A stretch of DNA of 64,000 nucleotides, from the NCBI GenBank assembly GCA_038046005.1, contig JBBSXB010000008.1, positions 1 through 64,000 of the forward strand, read 5' to 3'. The notes under the pieces were generated by a model. The model ran no database searches. It worked only from the letters and a program-made list of their open reading frames with translations, and was not told the origin of the DNA. Source of the DNA: Nanobdellota archaeon (lineage in GTDB: Archaea > Nanobdellota > Nanobdellia > Pacearchaeales > GW2011-AR1). Shown here one piece after another: positions 27,279 through 35,670 of the stretch. Position numbers and translations under genes: made by a program. The stretch's first letter is position 1. Each line of letters starts with the position of its first letter.

Positions 27279-29569
27279 CAAATAAAAAAGTTAGATTAAA
27301 AGTTGTTGAAGCATTGCAAGATGATGCCTACAAAGGAATTGCTAGGATAGACTCTGAAATTATGAGGGAGCTTGAGATAAAGAGAGGGGATGTTGTTATA
27401 ATCAAAGGAAACAGGGAAACCGTTGCAATTGCGGACAGGGCTTATCCTGCTGATGTTGGTGAAGGAATAATAAGAATTGATGGGATAATGAGAAGAAATG
27501 CAAAAACAGGAATTGGAGATGTTGTTGAAATCTATAAAGCTGAAATAAAAAAAGCAAAGAAAGTCATCATTGCTCCTGCCCAGAAAGGGATTACTGTCCA
27601 GGCAGATTCTGAAAGTTTAAGGAGAGGACTTCTTGGAAGAGTTGTCATGAAGGGTGATGTTGTTGTTTTGGGTGGAGTCCAAAGAAGGAAAGATCTTTTT
27701 AGCGAAATGGGACTTGGAGACGGCTTCGGAGACATTTTTGGAGAAGATTTTGGAAATTTCTTTGGGACTTTGGGTGGAGTGACTCAAATTAGATTTGTAG
27801 TAGTAAACACAAATCCAAACCAACCTTGTGTCATAACTGAAACAACTGAGGTTGTTCTTAATTCAAAAGCTGTTGAGATTACAGATGAAAAAATTCCCGA
27901 GATTACCTATGAAGACATAGGGGGTTTAGAAGAAGAAGTGAAAAAAATTAGAGAGATGGTGGAGATTCCCATGAAACATCCCGAGATTTTTGAAAAATTA
28001 AACATTGATCCACCAAAAGGAGTCTTGCTTCATGGACCTCCCGGAACAGGAAAAACGCTTTTAGCAAAAGCGGTTGCTAATGAAACCGATGCAAATTTTA
28101 TTTTATTAAATGGGCCGGAAATTATGAGCAAATATTATGGAGAAAGCGAGAAAAAGGTAAGGGACATTTTTGATGAAGCTGAAAAAACTGCCCCCACTAT
28201 TATATTCATTGATGAGATCGATGCAATTGCTCCAAAGAGAGAAGATGTGCAGGGAGAAGTTGAAAGAAGAGTTGTTTCACAACTGTTGACTATGATGGAC
28301 GGATTAAAGGCTAGGGGGAAAGTTATAGTCATCGGAGCGACGAATAGAATTAATGCTCTTGATCCTGCTTTGAGAAGACCTGGAAGATTTGACAGGGAAA
28401 TTGAATTAGGCGTTCCTGGAAAAAAAGGAAGAAAAACTATTTTAAGTATTCATACAAGAGGAATGCCTTTGGACAAAGATGTTGATCTTGACGCTATAGC
28501 TTCTGTAACTCATGGGTTCGTTGGAGCTGATCTTGAAGCTTTAACTAAGGAGGCTGCAATGAATGTTCTTAGAAAATATCTTCCAAAAATGAAATTGGAT
28601 GGGGAAGAACAAATTCCTCAAGAAATTTTGGAAAAGCTTATTGTTTATCATGAAGACTTTATGGAAGCACTTAAAATTGTAAGGCCTTCTGCAATGAGAG
28701 AAGTTCTTGTTGAAACGCCTAATATTACTTGGGATCAGGTTGGAGGATTAGACAGTGTTAAGAGAGAACTTCAAGAAGCTGTTGAATGGCCTTTGAAATA
28801 TCCTGAAACTTTTGAGAGGATGGGAATAAGACCTTCAAGGGGAATTCTTCTTTACGGGCCTCCTGGAACAGGAAAAACTTTACTTGCAAAAGCTGTCGCA
28901 AAAGAATCAGAAGCTAATTTCATTCAGGTTAAAGGGCCTTCATTGTTAAGCATGTGGGTCGGAAAAAGTGAAGAGGGCATGAGAAAAGTTTTTGAGAGAG
29001 CTAGACAGGTAGCCCCATGCATAATTTTCTTCGATGAGATTGACGCATTAGCTGGAAAAAGAGGAATTGATAATGGAACAAAAGTTACTGAAAGAGTTTT
29101 GAACCAGATGCTTGCTGAAATGGATGGTCTTGAAGATCTGAAAGATGTCTTGGTAATTGCCGCGACAAACAGGCCAGATATTTTAGACCCTGCTTTGCTT
29201 AGACCTGGAAGATTTGACAAGATACTTTTAGTCAACTCTGCTAATGAAGAAGGAAGGTTAAAAATTATTGAGATTCATACCAAGAAAATGCCGTTGGCAA
29301 AAGGTGTTGACCTTAAAGATTTAGCTAAAAAAACAGATGGATATACTGGGGCCGATCTTGAAGCTTTAGTAAGAGAAGCTGCAATGCTGGCCTTGAGAGA
29401 ATCAAAAGATGCTAAACAGGTTAGGCCAGACCATTTTGAAGAAGCTTTGAATAAAGTAAGGCCCAGCGTCACTAAATCTATGATTGAAATCTACAGAAAG
29501 ATAGAAGAAAATTTCTTGAAGTCAGCAAAAGCTGCTGTACCTTTGGAAAATGTGAGTTATCTGGGATAA
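27275..29569 (+). CDS. cdc48: CDC48/VCP-family AAA+ ATPase
   Basis: N-domain plus two AAA modules, GPPGTGKT twice, [21 protein letters not shown]; C-terminal YLG. Confidence 0.97.
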   Translation: MTNKKVRLKVVEALQDDAYKGIARIDSEIMRELEIKRGDVVIIKGNRETVAIADRAYPADVGEGIIRIDGIMRRNAKTGIGDVVEIYKAEIKKAKKVIIAPAQKGITVQADSESLRRGLLGRVVMKGDVVVLGGVQRRKDLFSEMGLGDGFGDIFGEDFGNFFGTLGGVTQIRFVVVNTNPNQPCVITETTEVVLNSKAVEITDEKIPEITYEDIGGLEEEVKKIREMVEIPMKHPEIFEKLNIDPPKGVLLHGPPGTGKTLLAKAVANETDANFILLNGPEIMSKYYGESEKKVRDIFDEAEKTAPTIIFIDEIDAIAPKREDVQGEVERRVVSQLLTMMDGLKARGKVIVIGATNRINALDPALRRPGRFDREIELGVPGKKGRKTILSIHTRGMPLDKDVDLDAIASVTHGFVGADLEALTKEAAMNVLRKYLPKMKLDGEEQIPQEILEKLIVYHEDFMEALKIVRPSAMREVLVETPNITWDQVGGLDSVKRELQEAVEWPLKYPETFERMGIRPSRGILLYGPPGTGKTLLAKAVAKESEANFIQVKGPSLLSMWVGKSEEGMRKVFERARQVAPCIIFFDEIDALAGKRGIDNGTKVTERVLNQMLAEMDGLEDLKDVLVIAATNRPDILDPALLRPGRFDKILLVNSANEEGRLKIIEIHTKKMPLAKGVDLKDLAKKTDGYTGADLEALVREAAMLALRESKDAKQVRPDHFEEALNKVRPSVTKSMIEIYRKIEENFLKSAKAAVPLENVSYLG

Positions 29570-29599
29570 ATTTAAAAAGCTTTTAATTATCGAATTTTT

Positions 29600-30397
29600 A
29601 TGGACGCCAAAGAAAAAATACAACATGATCAGAAAAGTATGCTCGGAGATTTAGTGAGAACTTTTTATGATTTTTTGTATGATGGGAAAGGAAATCCTAA
29701 TTATTTAGTTGTTGACCCTGCTGATATGTATAATTCAGTAAAGGCTTCTGATTTGTTTCAGCCTTTATCTAGGAGAAGGGGAGGGTTTTTAGTCAGATCA
29801 GAAAGACTTCCATTTAGCCCAGAAGTTAGGGCCGTAGTCTCTTGGGGAAGAAATGTCATGCTTGAAACTAGTAAAGTAGATTTTGGGGAGTGGAGCAAAG
29901 AATTAGTTTTGAATAAGGTTTTAGTGCATATTCCTGAGAAACAAAAGAGTGTTTATTATCTTGGAGAATCAGAACTTCCTTTAATCAAAACAAGAACTCA
30001 GAACGTTAGAACTGGGAAAGGCGAAAAAGATTTGAGAACGGCATTAACCATTTGTCCAGATTACGGATCTCGTGAATTAGATATTGCAACAGAGGCAATT
30101 GATGTTTTATATAATCAAAGTTGCTTTTATGACTTAGATGAAATATACGCTTCCGAAGCTGTTGATGTTAAAGAGATAAGCAACGCTTTAAGAACCAAAG
30201 ATAAAGGATTGAAACTTTTATTGTTGCCTCAACTAAAGCAACTTATAAGCCTTGAACAAAAGCCTATTTTGTCTCTTATGTTGAGGGTTAGACCACAACT
30301 TGTAATTAATTCTAATGTCTTAAGAGATACAGCTCAAGGACTTGAGAAAAGAGTCAGGAGAGAAGCTGAGAGCAATCCTTTTTTAGAAGTTGACTAA
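29600..30397 (+). CDS. hypothetical protein
   Basis: 265-aa ORF with upstream TATA box. Confidence 0.65.
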   Translation: MDAKEKIQHDQKSMLGDLVRTFYDFLYDGKGNPNYLVVDPADMYNSVKASDLFQPLSRRRGGFLVRSERLPFSPEVRAVVSWGRNVMLETSKVDFGEWSKELVLNKVLVHIPEKQKSVYYLGESELPLIKTRTQNVRTGKGEKDLRTALTICPDYGSRELDIATEAIDVLYNQSCFYDLDEIYASEAVDVKEISNALRTKDKGLKLLLLPQLKQLISLEQKPILSLMLRVRPQLVINSNVLRDTAQGLEKRVRREAESNPFLEVD

Positions 30398-30442
30398 TTC
30401 TTACATAAAAACATTTAAATATTGTTTTTTAAGGGTTCTTGT

Positions 30443-30835
30443 ATGGCAATAGATATTTTATTGGTTGATGAAGATGAAATTTGTAGAAATGACCTGGCGA
30501 ATTTGCTAAGGGACTGGCTCGGGGATAATGGGTCTAATGAGAATTATAATTTTTGTAATTTAGCTAGTTATAAAGAATTTCAAGACTTTATTGGCTCTAG
30601 AGATGGAAATTTAGAAAATGTTAATTTGGTAATAACTGATCAATTAGAGGCGATTAAATCTGCCACAAAATTAGGGATTAAATCTTTTTTTTATTATCAA
30701 GGGGCGGATATAAAAATACAAGGTAGGAGAGCAATTGAATTAGGAGCCATTGACTATTTTGGAAAGATAAAGGATCAAATTAATCTTGTAAACGAAGCAA
30801 GAGAAATTCTTCAAAACGGTTCTAATCCTCACTAG
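30443..30835 (+). CDS. stand-alone response-regulator receiver (REC)-like protein
   Basis: ILLVDEDE, LVITD, A..LGAIDYFGK. Confidence 0.7.
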   Translation: MAIDILLVDEDEICRNDLANLLRDWLGDNGSNENYNFCNLASYKEFQDFIGSRDGNLENVNLVITDQLEAIKSATKLGIKSFFYYQGADIKIQGRRAIELGAIDYFGKIKDQINLVNEAREILQNGSNPH

Positions 30836-31700
30836 TAATAATAATTTCTTTTCCAATTAAAACAGTATTTTCTGTTTGGCTTACAATTGCGTTTTCAGAT
30901 TCAACTAACTGGGCAAAGTGGTGTAAATTTCCATTGCTTTCAAGAATTTTTAAATCAAAGAGCGATTTTGTCCCTAGTTTTTTTACAATCCATCTTGAGC
31001 AGAATGGTAATGTGTTATATTCTTTGACTATAAAATCCAAAAGTTCCCTGGCTCCAGGATTTCTTGGATGGGATGAAGATTGTAGCATGTATATCTCTGA
31101 AGGTTTTCCGTCATGAACTTTTCCAGAGCCGTTGGTCGCAAAAGGTTCAATTGCATAAAGTCCTGGTGTAAGAATTGAAGCTCTTGAGTCGTCTATATTT
31201 GGAACACTTGCCCCTGCATGAAGTTCGTATTGGCTTATTTCATGGCCTGAAAGATTTATTATCGGAGAAAATCCCTTTGACTTTATTGTCTTTTCAATTA
31301 TTCCGCCTATCTTGTTCAGATGAATTCCCGCTTTCAATATTTTTTCAGCGGATTTCAAGGCTTCCTCGGAAGCCTGGATTAATTTTTTGTTTTCTTGTGA
31401 ATTTTCCAAGTCCATTGAAAAAGCTGTGTCAGCTATCCATCCATTAAAGTGAACTCCTAGATCTACTTTTAACAATCCGTGAGCAAGAGTTTTATCATCA
31501 TGAGAAGGAGTATAATGTGCAGCTATATTATTGATTGAGAGATTTACTGGAAAAGCCGGTTTTCCCCCTAGCTCTACAATTTTGGCTTCAATTTTTTCGG
31601 CTATTTCTAACAAATGCATCTTTGGCTTTATGAAAGATTTTGCAAATTTTTTAACTTGCGATGCAATTTTTCCTGCTTTGATTATTTTTTCTGTATCCAT
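30822..31700 (-). CDS. map: methionine aminopeptidase type II
   Basis: AFPVN..AAHYTP, KVDLGVH..G.IAD, LSGH, AIEPF. Confidence 0.96.
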   Translation of the reverse strand: MDTEKIIKAGKIASQVKKFAKSFIKPKMHLLEIAEKIEAKIVELGGKPAFPVNLSINNIAAHYTPSHDDKTLAHGLLKVDLGVHFNGWIADTAFSMDLENSQENKKLIQASEEALKSAEKILKAGIHLNKIGGIIEKTIKSKGFSPIINLSGHEISQYELHAGASVPNIDDSRASILTPGLYAIEPFATNGSGKVHDGKPSEIYMLQSSSHPRNPGARELLDFIVKEYNTLPFCSRWIVKKLGTKSLFDLKILESNGNLHHFAQLVESENAIVSQTENTVLIGKEIIITSED

Positions 31701-31760
31701 TTTATTAGTTTATTTTTTCAATATAATAATCTTTAAATATGATTTGGTTGTAAAATACTG

Positions 31761-31952
31761 ATGGTTTCGTATAAAGAGTATTATGCAAATGCTAAAGGCT
31801 ATTTAACGTTTGCTGCAAGAACTCTTGCCAGAGGGGTGGTAAACTTATATCCTCTTGATAATCATATTCTATTCAGAGAGTGTGTTTACATACATAATAA
31901 ATCTAGGCTAAGGTCCAAGCTAGACGATTTGTTGGGAAAGATACTTAGTTAA
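31761..31952 (+). CDS. small hypothetical protein
   Basis: 63-aa ORF about 29 nt after TTTAAATA. Confidence 0.45.
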   Translation: MVSYKEYYANAKGYLTFAARTLARGVVNLYPLDNHILFRECVYIHNKSRLRSKLDDLLGKILS

Positions 31953-31982
31953 ACTTAAAAATATCCATTACCTTTTAAAATA

Positions 31983-32306
31983 ATGCCTAGAAAAAAAGTG
32001 GTGAAGAAGAAAGCTGTTCCTGAGAAAGTTGTGCTCAATAAACTAAAATTTTCTGACTTTTTTTCAACTTCTCATTTTAGCATGGGGCTTTTTGCTGCTG
32101 TAGGGGTGATAAGCGTTTCACTTTATGTTTCAAACCTATTTGCATTCAGTTCTTTTGGATTTCTAATGATATTTTTAATTGTGCAACTTGGGTTTGCAAT
32201 AGACTATTATTATGAGAGAAATATTGATGAGAGATTTTTAATATCTTTTTATGTTTTCTCAATTATATTTCTTATAGTGAATCTTATCTCTTTTCTTAGC
32301 CTTTAA
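31983..32306 (+). CDS. membrane protein with basic N-terminus
   Basis: MPRKKVVKKK then three TM helices. Confidence 0.65.
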   Translation: MPRKKVVKKKAVPEKVVLNKLKFSDFFSTSHFSMGLFAAVGVISVSLYVSNLFAFSSFGFLMIFLIVQLGFAIDYYYERNIDERFLISFYVFSIIFLIVNLISFLSL

Positions 32307-32760
32307 ATTTTAGCCTTCTAGATTTTGGAATAAAATTTGTTATTTTGTTTTGAGAGGCTTTTCCTGTCCCTAAAAAATCATTTTTGTGTTTTATGATTAC
32401 AAAGCTGTGCAAGTTTGTGGGAATATTCAATTCTGAGCCGTGCATCCAAATGTCAACTTCTTTTTCTGAAATTTCGAAAATATTTTTTGTTATTTGATTT
32501 TTCATCAAGTTTGCTCCGTCAATGCTTAGCCTTATCCCATCTTCCTGTATTTTTCCAAAATAAATTCCTACTCTTTCTATGAAAATTCTTTCATCTTCTA
32601 ATGTTTTTAACTGGTCTTCATTTAGAGACCCTTGATAAAGGAAAATCCTTTCTTGCCCTATTTTTATCAAGATTCCTGGAATTTCCTTTATTCCAAACTG
32701 TTCATTTAATTTTTCAAGTATTTCCTGCTTTTCTTGTTTTGAGAATATGTGGAGTGTCAT
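32296..32760 (-). CDS. NIP7/PUA-like RNA-binding protein (RsmF C-terminal-like)
   Basis: ERVGIYFG..IRLSIDG..WMHG..FLGTGK..NFIPKSRR; downstream of the RsmB/NOP gene. Confidence 0.75.
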   Translation of the reverse strand: MTLHIFSKQEKQEILEKLNEQFGIKEIPGILIKIGQERIFLYQGSLNEDQLKTLEDERIFIERVGIYFGKIQEDGIRLSIDGANLMKNQITKNIFEISEKEVDIWMHGSELNIPTNLHSFVIIKHKNDFLGTGKASQNKITNFIPKSRRLKFKG

Positions 32761-33050
32761 TTTGTTTTAAAATTAGTACGTTTAAACTTACCTCTAATCA
32801 AAGCATAAGCTAACCTCTCATCTTTATGTTTAGTTAGTGTACCAATTAAATTTCTACATTTGCATAGTAGCTTCTCAGGATAAATTTCTCTTTTAGGCCC
32901 TATAATTCTGTTTAGATAGCATCTTTTTAACCATCCTACTCCATCCTTTTGATAAATAAATATCTCTGAGCCGCATTTTATACATGATATTTTTATTATC
33001 TTTGCAGTTCCGCCCCGCTTTCTTAAATATTTATCTTTTGTTATTTTCAT
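32757..33050 (-). CDS. basic Zn-binding hypothetical protein
   Basis: CIKC..YQKDG.G.LKRCY..RI..CKC. Confidence 0.7.
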   Translation of the reverse strand: MKITKDKYLRKRGGTAKIIKISCIKCGSEIFIYQKDGVGWLKRCYLNRIIGPKREIYPEKLLCKCRNLIGTLTKHKDERLAYALIRGKFKRTNFKTK

Positions 33051-33127
33051 TTCATCTTCCTCATTTTTACAACAAAAAATCTCTCAGCTCTGGGCTCTTC
33101 ATTTGTGGTTGATTTTATTTTTATCAT
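33047..33127 (-). other. 26-codon mini-ORF containing a degenerate copy of the RsmB/NOP gene 3' end
   Basis: 33047-33079 matches 33124-33156 at 29/33 nt; ERFFVVKMRKMK* versus EGFFVAKFRKIK*. Confidence 0.7.
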
Positions 33128-34107
33128 TTTATCTTCCTAAATTTTGCAACAAAAAAGCCTTCTGTGTTGTTATCCTGGGGGTATATTCTGCATGAAAGAT
33201 TTACTTCTTTTGAGAATTTTTCACCATTCCATTCATTTATTCCTTGTCTGAATTTTATTGGCAGAGAAATTTTTTCAGTCTTGATGTTTGGGAAGTTCTT
33301 TACAAGATAGTCTACAATTGCCTCGTTTTCTTCTGGAGCATGCGTGCAAGTGCTGTAAACTAGTGTCCCATTTGGCTTTAGTATTTCTAAAGCTGAAGCT
33401 ACTAAAGTTTTTTGGAGTTTTGAGAGAGACTTTATTGTGTTTGGATTCCACATCAGATATGTTTTAGGTGTCGACCTTAAAGTCCCTTCACCAGAACAAG
33501 GAGCATCAATTAATATTCTGTCAAATAAAATTCCTGATTTTTTTAATCTAATACACAAAGCAACTCCTTCTTTTTTTGTTATTATTGTGTTTGTAACTCC
33601 ACATCTTTCTAAATTAGAGGCTAGAATTTTTATTCTTGAATAGCTTATCTCATTTGCTAATATTGTTCCTGTGTTTTGCATGCATGACGCTATTTGAGTT
33701 GTTTTGCTTCCTGGAGATGCACATAAATCAAGAATCATTTCTCCCAGTTTTGGCTCCAAGGCAATTACTGGCAACATGCTTGCTAACTCTTGGATGTAAT
33801 AATATCCTAAAAGATGTTCCAGGGCTCTTCCAAGTTCACCCGGTTCTAAATCAATTAAATTATTATCTGAAAACTTTCCCTCAACAACCATTACTTCAGG
33901 ATGTTTTGGCCATATCTGTGTTATTTTCCAATTTTTTTCTTCCAATCTTTTTTTCAAATTTTCTGGAGAAATTTTTAATGTGTTAACTCTTAAAGATTTT
34001 ATCGGAAAAATTTTTAGAATTTCTTCAAATTTTTCGTAATCGGATGGTGAAAGAAGTTTTTTCATTCTTTCTGTAAATTCTGGCTTTTGTGTTGGATTTG
34101 TTTTCAT
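33124..34107 (-). CDS. RsmB/NOP-family RNA m5C methyltransferase
   Basis: QELASM, DLCASPGSKT, DAPCSGEG, YSTCT..PEENE. Confidence 0.95.
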   Translation of the reverse strand: MKTNPTQKPEFTERMKKLLSPSDYEKFEEILKIFPIKSLRVNTLKISPENLKKRLEEKNWKITQIWPKHPEVMVVEGKFSDNNLIDLEPGELGRALEHLLGYYYIQELASMLPVIALEPKLGEMILDLCASPGSKTTQIASCMQNTGTILANEISYSRIKILASNLERCGVTNTIITKKEGVALCIRLKKSGILFDRILIDAPCSGEGTLRSTPKTYLMWNPNTIKSLSKLQKTLVASALEILKPNGTLVYSTCTHAPEENEAIVDYLVKNFPNIKTEKISLPIKFRQGINEWNGEKFSKEVNLSCRIYPQDNNTEGFFVAKFRKIK

Positions 34108-34111
34108 TTTA

Positions 34112-34858
34112 TCATTCCAAAAATAATAATGAGCCTATTAAAGCTATTCCTATCAAAAAGAAGAGCAACTGAAGAAGTGCTTTTTTTGTTGAATACCCTT
34201 TATGGAGCTCTGGAATCAAATCAGAGCCGGCTATGTATATAAAGCCTCCAATTGCTATTGCAGTGATTAATTCTTTTGTTCCAGACACATATTTACTTAA
34301 TAATAACCCTGCTATTGCCCCAATTATTGCAGTTAGTGCAGTTAAAAAGTTAATTAACAATGCTTTTTTCTTTGTGTAGCCACCATAAATTAATATTCCA
34401 AAATCTCCCATTTCCTGAGGGATTTCATGAATTAAAACAGCCAAAGTTGTTGCTATTCCTGCCGGGACGCTTATTATATAACTTGTTGCGATTATCAATC
34501 CGTCTAAAAAATTATGAAAACCATCTCCTACCAAATTCATTATTGCTAAACTATGGACATGGTTTTTTGTTATGGGCATATGGCAGTGCTGCCAGTGAAC
34601 AATTTTTTCTATCACAAAAAATACCACAATCCCAGTTAGAATAAAAATAGGAATTTTTATTTTTAATCCATCTTTTGCAAGTCCGGGCAGTAAATGTAAA
34701 AAAGCATCTGCAAAAAGAGCCCCTGCTGCAAAACTTATCAAGTATATCAGTAATTTTTGAAGTTTGTCTGATTTTATCGAAAGCGTTATTATTCCAATTA
34801 GGGAAACTAAACTCACAACTATTACGCTAACAAGTGTGTATAGCCATACTGAAAGCAT
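34112..34858 (-). CDS. zupT: ZIP-family metal (Zn) transporter
   Basis: HWQHCH loop, GDGFHNFLDG, HEIPQEMGD, DLIPEL. Confidence 0.92.
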   Translation of the reverse strand: MLSVWLYTLVSVIVVSLVSLIGIITLSIKSDKLQKLLIYLISFAAGALFADAFLHLLPGLAKDGLKIKIPIFILTGIVVFFVIEKIVHWQHCHMPITKNHVHSLAIMNLVGDGFHNFLDGLIIATSYIISVPAGIATTLAVLIHEIPQEMGDFGILIYGGYTKKKALLINFLTALTAIIGAIAGLLLSKYVSGTKELITAIAIGGFIYIAGSDLIPELHKGYSTKKALLQLLFFLIGIALIGSLLFLE

Positions 34859-34935
34859 TTTAAAAATTGGAAAACTGGATATTTAATTCTTGGCCTTTTG
34901 TAAATGTTTAAATAATCTCAATTGCTTCATGATAG

Positions 34936-35670
34936 ATGAGGGGATTTGGTGAGATTTTTAAAGATACATTTAATGAGTATACTGAAAAATTTATTCATAT
35001 ATTAAAAATATTTGTTTTCTTGTATATGATTCCGGTTGTGGTATTTTCATTAATTCTTATGGTGCTTTTTGTGGGCACTTATTCTTCATTGGGACTTTCC
35101 TTTTTGAAGACAGGAAGTTTTGATCTTAGTGAAATTGTTTTGAATCAAGAGACTTTTTTATCTTTAATTCCTCTTTTTGGGGGAATTTTTGTATTTTATC
35201 TTCTTTTAGGGATTTTTTATTTTTTGGCCGCTATCTCGTATATTCATACTGGATTTTCTAAAATGAAAGATATCTCTTTTGACAAATCTTTTGCATTTGC
35301 TAGAAAGAACTTTTGGAGATTTGTTGGACTTACACTCTTAACAATTTTATGCATTACTCCTCTTTTTATTCTTTTGATAATTCCAGGAATAATATTTTGG
35401 GTATTCTGGGCTTTTTCCCCTTATCTTTTACTTAGTGGAAATGATGGGGCTTGGGATTCTATGAAGAAAAGTAAGACTCTTGTTAAGGGAAGGTGGTGGA
35501 ATATATTTGGGTGTATGCTTTTGCTTTTTATTATAATGGTTGTAGTTAGTAGTGTTGCAGGACTTATTCCTTTTATTGGTCATATTATTTCTTCTTTAGT
35601 ATTAACTCCATTTATGATATTATTCTTTAAGAATTTCTATTTAGATCTAAAATCTGGGATGAAAAAATAA
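34936..35670 (+). CDS. polytopic membrane protein
   Basis: LLIIPGI..S..LVKGRWW pattern, multiple TM helices. Confidence 0.75.
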   Translation: MRGFGEIFKDTFNEYTEKFIHILKIFVFLYMIPVVVFSLILMVLFVGTYSSLGLSFLKTGSFDLSEIVLNQETFLSLIPLFGGIFVFYLLLGIFYFLAAISYIHTGFSKMKDISFDKSFAFARKNFWRFVGLTLLTILCITPLFILLIIPGIIFWVFWAFSPYLLLSGNDGAWDSMKKSKTLVKGRWWNIFGCMLLLFIIMVVVSSVAGLIPFIGHIISSLVLTPFMILFFKNFYLDLKSGMKK

